From contig OY760505.1 of NCBI GenBank assembly GCA_963663545.1, positions 3,360,001-3,424,000 on the forward strand: 64,000 bases of DNA, in the 5' to 3' direction. The notes beneath the pieces are model-generated. The model did not search any database. It was not told the origin of the DNA and was given only the letters and a program-made list of their open reading frames with translations. A program made the position numbers and the translations under genes. This stretch comes from Candidatus Delongbacteria bacterium. Lineage in GTDB: Bacteria; CAIWAD01. Positions within the stretch are counted from its first letter, which is position 1, and each line of letters begins with the position of its first letter. This document shows positions 58,351 to 64,000 of the stretch, piece by piece.

Positions 58351-59691
58351 ATGAAGAGCAAACCTGCGGCTTATGTCGCATTGGCGCTACTGCTGCCACT
58401 CGTCGTGTACGCTGCCACCGAGACGAGTGCGCTGGCCGGGCGCTGCATGACCTGTCACAAGGAGACGACCCCCGGGCTCTACAAACAATGGTTCCAGTCG
58501 GCGCACGCTCTGCACGGTGTCACGTGTTACGATTGCCATCAGGCCGCACGTAGCGACGCGGATGCCTTTGAGCATGAGGGCGCGCATATCGCCACGCTGG
58601 TAACTCCCGGCGATTGCGGCCGCTGTCACACCGAGCAAGCGGAGCAGTTTACAGCTTCGTATCACGCCACAGCCGGGCAGATCCTGCACAGCAATGATGC
58701 TTATCTGGCCCATGCTGTCGGAGGCGATCCGGCTGCTGTCGCCGGTTGTGCTTCGTGTCACGGCGGTGTGATCAAGACCACGACGGATTCGCCAAACCAT
58801 CTGGCGGCAGGAAGCTGGCCCAACTCGGGCATTGGTCGTATCAACCCGGATGGCACACAGGGAGCCTGTACCGCATGTCACACACGCCATGTGTTCTCGC
58901 TGAAACAGGTGCGCCAACCCGAGACTTGCGGCAAGTGCCACCTGGGGCCGGACCATCCGCAAAAGGAGATCTATGAGGAGAGCAAGCACGGCATTGCCTA
59001 CTACACCAATGTGGAAGAGATGAATCTGGCTTCTCCCGAATGGCGCGTCGGCGTTGATTATCACGCAGCACCGACCTGTGCGACCTGCCATGTATCACCG
59101 ACACGCGGTCAAGCGCTGAGCCACGATATCGGCACACGCATCTCCTGGACCCTGCGCCCGATCGTATCCAAGCACACGGAGAACTGGGAGCAGAAGCGCG
59201 GCGACATGCAGGAGGTTTGTAGCGCGTGTCACAGCGCGGTCTTTGTGCAGGGGCACTACAACCAGTTTGACGGCCTGGTCAACCTCTACAACTACAAGTT
59301 TGCCGGACCTGCCAAGGCGATCATGGACATTCTGAAGAAGAACAATTCCATGCCCAGCCCGGCCGCTTTCAGCAACAAGCTGGAGTGGACCTTCTGGGAG
59401 CTCTGGCATCACGAGGGACGCCGTGCGCGTCACGGTGCTGCAATGATGGGGCCGGATTACACCTGGTGGCACGGCATCTACGACGTGGGCCAACACTTCT
59501 ACTTCAAGTTCCTGCCTGAGGTGCGCGAGCTGGGTGATACAGAGGCCAATGCCTACATCGACCAGCTGCTGCAGGATCCCATGCACCAGTGGATGAGCAG
59601 ACCAACGGCGCAGATCAAGGAGGACATTCGCAGCGGGCGCATGCAGGAGCTGTACCAGTCCTTCTACCAGCCCGTGATGGGCCGGAAATGA
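58351..59691 (+). CDS. Octaheme cytochrome c, hydroxylamine oxidoreductase family
   Basis: Eight CxxCH motifs; CGKCHLGPDHPQ.EIY.ESKHG and WHHEGRR...PDYTWWHG. Confidence 0.88.
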   Translation: MKSKPAAYVALALLLPLVVYAATETSALAGRCMTCHKETTPGLYKQWFQSAHALHGVTCYDCHQAARSDADAFEHEGAHIATLVTPGDCGRCHTEQAEQFTASYHATAGQILHSNDAYLAHAVGGDPAAVAGCASCHGGVIKTTTDSPNHLAAGSWPNSGIGRINPDGTQGACTACHTRHVFSLKQVRQPETCGKCHLGPDHPQKEIYEESKHGIAYYTNVEEMNLASPEWRVGVDYHAAPTCATCHVSPTRGQALSHDIGTRISWTLRPIVSKHTENWEQKRGDMQEVCSACHSAVFVQGHYNQFDGLVNLYNYKFAGPAKAIMDILKKNNSMPSPAAFSNKLEWTFWELWHHEGRRARHGAAMMGPDYTWWHGIYDVGQHFYFKFLPEVRELGDTEANAYIDQLLQDPMHQWMSRPTAQIKEDIRSGRMQELYQSFYQPVMGRK

Positions 59692-61169
59692 TTCGGCGCT
59701 TGGGACGATTTATCCAGGGGCTGGCGCTGGACGGTGTCAGCTCCACGGGCGTTGTACTGGTGCATGCCGCGCTGCTCAGTTTTCTCTTCTTCGAGTTGCT
59801 TTCCTTTGCTGGTGTGATACAAAACGCCTATGCAGGTCTTGTGGTCTATCTGGGATTTCCTGCGTTGTTCATCCTGGGGTTGCTGCTGATTCCAATTGGT
59901 TGGTGGCTGGCTGCGCGTCGACGCGGTATCCAGATCATGGATCTGCGGCTGGAGCGCTTCGATGAGATTGCCAGCGGTGTGAGCGAGACGGGATCACCGC
60001 TCTTTCGCACCATTGCCCTGCTGACCCTGGTCAATCTTGTAGTATTGACCTTTGCCGGCATGCGCATGTTGCATCACATGGATAGTGCACGCTTCTGCGG
60101 AACGGCGTGTCACAGCGTGATGAATCCGGAATGGACGGTTTATCAGGCTTCGCCCCACGCAAGGGTGGCCTGCGTCGAGTGTCACGTGGGCGAGGGAGTC
60201 GGCGCACTCATCGACAGCAAGATCAACGGTACATGGCAGATGATCTCGGCTACTTTTCACCTCTACGAGCGTCCGATTCCTACACCAGTACACAACCTGC
60301 GTCCCGCGCGAGAGACCTGCGAAAAGTGCCACTGGCCGGAGTTCTTCCTGGGCAAGCGCGTGGTCAACCGTGTGCATTTTGCCCAGGACTCTGCCAACAC
60401 GCCCTCCTACACTACGCTGCTGATGAAAGTAGGCAGCGGCCACAGCGGAGTCGCTGGCGGCGCACACTGGCATGTCGCACAGGAGAACAGCATTCGTTAT
60501 CGAGCGGACGCGGAGCGTGTCACGATCTACAGTCTGGATGTGATGCAAATGGACGGCAGCGTGAAGCACTTCCGCCTGGAGGGGGCCGCCGTCGATTCCG
60601 GCGAAGAGCCCCGCGAGATGGATTGTGTCGATTGCCACAACCGGGCCACACACATCTACGAACGTGCCGAAGCCGCGTTGGACGAGCGCATGCAGCGCGG
60701 GCTTGTGTCACGCGAGATTCCTGGCATCAAAGAGATCGCGTTGCAAAGCCTGCTGGGCAGCTATCCTGATGCAGCGCAGGCCGCGCAGGGCATCGAGCTG
60801 GGCATGCGCAATCGCATGGAGCGTTCCTGGCCGGCACAAGCTCGTGCGCATGGCGAAGAGCTGGAACAGGCCATCGGCACGGTGCAGGAGATCTGGACGC
60901 GCAACATTCATCCCGGAATGCGCATTGACTGGGGAGCCTATCCCAGCCATCTGGGGCATCGCGACGGCGTAGGCTGCTTCAGGTGTCACAATCCGCAGAT
61001 GAAGGACGAGCAAGGGGATGCCATTTCGATGGAGTGTACACTGTGCCACAGCTTGTTGGCCGTGGAGGCAGAAAGTCCGCTGGCCGTGCTACAGAATGCG
61101 GTTGACCATCCCGAAAGCGTGGAGCGCGAGGAACTGCGACGTGAGCTTCTGCAGACGCTGATGGAGTGA
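59688..61169 (+). CDS. Membrane-anchored NapC/NirT-like multiheme cytochrome
   Basis: Three N-terminal TM segments; CGTACH plus five CxxCH motifs; ATGA overlap. Confidence 0.85.
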   Translation: MIRRLGRFIQGLALDGVSSTGVVLVHAALLSFLFFELLSFAGVIQNAYAGLVVYLGFPALFILGLLLIPIGWWLAARRRGIQIMDLRLERFDEIASGVSETGSPLFRTIALLTLVNLVVLTFAGMRMLHHMDSARFCGTACHSVMNPEWTVYQASPHARVACVECHVGEGVGALIDSKINGTWQMISATFHLYERPIPTPVHNLRPARETCEKCHWPEFFLGKRVVNRVHFAQDSANTPSYTTLLMKVGSGHSGVAGGAHWHVAQENSIRYRADAERVTIYSLDVMQMDGSVKHFRLEGAAVDSGEEPREMDCVDCHNRATHIYERAEAALDERMQRGLVSREIPGIKEIALQSLLGSYPDAAQAAQGIELGMRNRMERSWPAQARAHGEELEQAIGTVQEIWTRNIHPGMRIDWGAYPSHLGHRDGVGCFRCHNPQMKDEQGDAISMECTLCHSLLAVEAESPLAVLQNAVDHPESVEREELRRELLQTLME

Positions 61170-61228
61170 TACATTTTGCAAAAGGCGAGGCTTTGCTATT
61201 CTGGCACTAACCTATCCATGAACACGAG

Positions 61229-62308
61229 GTGACCCACATGAGCTACACAGGTGTCGTAACGGGAGAACGTCTGGACCGCTTGTATGCCCTGGCCAGGAAG
61301 AACCAGTTTGCCCTGCCCGGTGTGAACATCGTCGGAACCAATTCCCTCAACGCGGCTCTGGAGACCGCTGCGGCGGTGGCTTCCCCCATCATCATCCAGA
61401 CAAGTTCGTCGGGCGCCGTCTTCTACGGCGGCAAGGGCCTGGACAACAGCGGCCATCGCGCCGGTATCGCCGGTGCAGTTGCTGCGGCGCGTCACGTGCA
61501 CACCTTGGCCGAAGTCTACGGCGTACCTGTCATCATGCATTCGGATCACGCCGCGCACAAGCTGCTGGGCTGGGTCGACGGCATGCTGGAGGCTGGCGAG
61601 GCACATTACAAGCAGACCGGGCGTCCGTTGTTCAGCTCGCACATGCTCGACCTTTCGGAAATGCCGCTGAAGGAAAACATCGAGATCTGCAAGCGCTACT
61701 TGGAGCGCATGAGCGCCATAGACATGGGCCTGGAGATCGAACTGGGTGTCACCGGCGGAGAAGAGGATGGCGTGGACAACACCGGCGTGGACGCGTCGCG
61801 CCTGTACACGCAGCCTGAAGAAGTGGCCTACGCCTTCGAAGAGCTGAGCAAGATCAGTCCGCGCTTCACCATTGCGGCCTCTTTCGGCAACGTGCACGGC
61901 GTCTACAAGCCGGGCAATGTCAAGCTGACGCCCACCATTCTGCGCGATAGCCAGCTCTATATCGAGAAGCATCTGCAGACGGCGCCCCAGCCCTGCAACT
62001 TCGTCTTCCACGGCGGCAGTGGGTCCAGCGTCGATGAGATTCGCGAGGCCATCGGCTACGGTGTGATCAAGATGAACATCGACACGGATCAGCAGTTCGC
62101 CTTCACCGGCGGAGCGCGCGACTACGTGCTCAAGTACGCCGACTATCTGCGCACACAGGTGGGCAACCCCGAAGGCGCCGACCAGCCCAACAAGAAGTAT
62201 TACGACACCCGCGTTTGGTTGCGCAAGTGTGAGGAGTACTTCGTCGAGCGGCTGAAGAAGGCCTTTGAGGATCTGAACGCCGTGGGCCGCGCTACGTTGC
62301 TGGACTAG
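61229..62308 (+). CDS. fbaA: Fructose-bisphosphate aldolase class II
   Basis: HSDH, SSHMLDLS, GGEEDG, FGNVHGVYKPG, FHGGSG and NIDTD motifs. Confidence 0.96.
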   Translation: MTHMSYTGVVTGERLDRLYALARKNQFALPGVNIVGTNSLNAALETAAAVASPIIIQTSSSGAVFYGGKGLDNSGHRAGIAGAVAAARHVHTLAEVYGVPVIMHSDHAAHKLLGWVDGMLEAGEAHYKQTGRPLFSSHMLDLSEMPLKENIEICKRYLERMSAIDMGLEIELGVTGGEEDGVDNTGVDASRLYTQPEEVAYAFEELSKISPRFTIAASFGNVHGVYKPGNVKLTPTILRDSQLYIEKHLQTAPQPCNFVFHGGSGSSVDEIREAIGYGVIKMNIDTDQQFAFTGGARDYVLKYADYLRTQVGNPEGADQPNKKYYDTRVWLRKCEEYFVERLKKAFEDLNAVGRATLLD

Positions 62309-62396
62309 TTGAAACGCCTGCTCACAACATGGTGTGACACAAGGTTGATTGTAACACGGCGGCGCCTGCGGGTGCCGCCTTCTCTTTGGAGCCGAC

Positions 62397-62693
62397 ATGC
62401 ATTTGATCGCCGACCTCTGCGTAGTGCCCATGGGCCTGGGCCTGAGTTTGAGCCCCTATGTTGCCGAGTGCGAGCGTGTGTTACGCGCGCACGGCCTGGA
62501 GCCTTTCCTGCATCCCAACGGTAGCGGTGTCGAGGGTGAATGGGATCAGGTCATGAATGCGCTCAAGGCGTGTCACGAGCGTCTGCACGAGATGGGCGCG
62601 GTGCGCGTTCACACCACATGCCGCTTTGGTACGCGCACGGACCGCGAACAGCGGATGGCGGATAAGATGCAGAGCGTGGAAGAGAAAATCTGA
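62397..62693 (+). CDS. MTH1187/YkoF thiamine-binding family protein
   Basis: VVPMG...S.YVAEC...VEGEWD...R.D pattern. Confidence 0.88.
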   Translation: MHLIADLCVVPMGLGLSLSPYVAECERVLRAHGLEPFLHPNGSGVEGEWDQVMNALKACHERLHEMGAVRVHTTCRFGTRTDREQRMADKMQSVEEKI

Positions 62694-62736
62694 AGACGAT
62701 ATCGATTCCACCGCAGCACACCAAGGCCGAGACGGA

Positions 62737-62843
62737 GCCAAATGTACCCTATGGACGAAGGCGTGCCGTCGGCAGGTGTGGCAAGTGAAGCAAGCTTGTG
62801 CAGCATGACTTCGTCCAGGCGCTTCGAGCGAAGCTCGGAGCGC
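62737..62843 (+). repeat. Dispersed structured element, copy 2
   Basis: tgtaccctatggacgaag...cttcgtccagg-cgcttcgagc-gaa-gctcggagcg. Confidence 0.6.
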
Positions 62844-62919
62844 ACCGATAGCGTTTTCGACTGCTGGTTTTCCGTGGGTGTTTGCAGAAAAAGTTGGGAA
62901 CCTTATCTTCTCAGTCCTG

Positions 62920-62946
62920 TTAGCACTCGCTCGAATGGAGTGCTAA
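62920..62946 (+). promoter_or_regulatory. CIRCE element (HrcA operator)
   Basis: TTAGCACTC-N9-GAGTGCTAA, perfect consensus upstream of groES. Confidence 0.97.
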
Positions 62947-62992
62947 TCAACACCGATTTGAAATCAACCAATAAGATCTACAGGAGCTTATC

Positions 62993-63280
62993 ATGAAGCT
63001 TACCCCCATGGACGATCGCGTGATCGTGCAGCGCGTCGACGACGCTGAGCAGAAGAGTTCGGGCGGCATCATCATTCCCGACACCGCCAAGGAAAAGCCC
63101 CAGATCGGCGAAGTCGTGTCCGTCGGCCAGGACAAGCCCGAGGGTCGTACTCCTTTGCAGGAGCTTCTGAAGGAAGGCGACCGCGTGGTTTTCGCCAAGT
63201 ACGGCGCCACCGAGGTCAAGATTGACGGAACGGCCTACCTGATCCTGGGCCGCAGTGACATTCTGGCCATCGTCAAGTAA
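62993..63280 (+). CDS. groES: Co-chaperonin GroES
   Basis: PMDDRV...[15 protein letters not shown]. Confidence 0.97.
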   Translation: MKLTPMDDRVIVQRVDDAEQKSSGGIIIPDTAKEKPQIGEVVSVGQDKPEGRTPLQELLKEGDRVVFAKYGATEVKIDGTAYLILGRSDILAIVK

Positions 63281-63302
63281 ACGGCCAACAAGGAGGTTCA
63301 AA

Positions 63303-64000
<698 letters not shown>

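Overview
GC-rich (roughly 60% by eye) chromosomal window from what looks like an FCB-superphylum-type bacterium, inferred from T9SS-style C-terminal sorting domains and cleaved-adhesin/FN3 surface proteins. Housekeeping genes include pruA, ppk2, hslVU, argF, fbaA and CIRCE-groES-groEL. Also present: an ABC transporter (partial), two T9SS-type secreted hydrolases (M14 carboxypeptidase, GH13 amylase), M1/M16 peptidases, and a ccsA plus octaheme HAO-family plus NapC/NirT-like cytochrome module. Five things stand out. (1) A 7-mer, GTGATAC/GTATCAC (family GTRWYAC), occurs about 75 times by manual count, more than 10x chance, in both orientations. It forms inverted pairs, supplies several stop codons and is nearly absent from the integron cassettes, so it is a candidate HIP1/DUS-like genome signal. 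(2) Six translationally coupled TPR/coiled-coil genes, most ending in a CxxC...CPxC module, lie behind a sigma54-like promoter, a hairpin and a terminator. (3) Three giant secreted proteins without an evident catalytic domain share a Cys-bracketed ~72-aa C-terminal domain that is not the T9SS CTD, and each has a sigma54-like promoter. (4) A chromosomal integron has a truncated IntI, attI, two attC sites plus a truncated third, and defence-like cassettes. (5) Dispersed structured intergenic repeats are present, one exactly at the IntI break. All family assignments come from motif recognition by eye; no searches were run.
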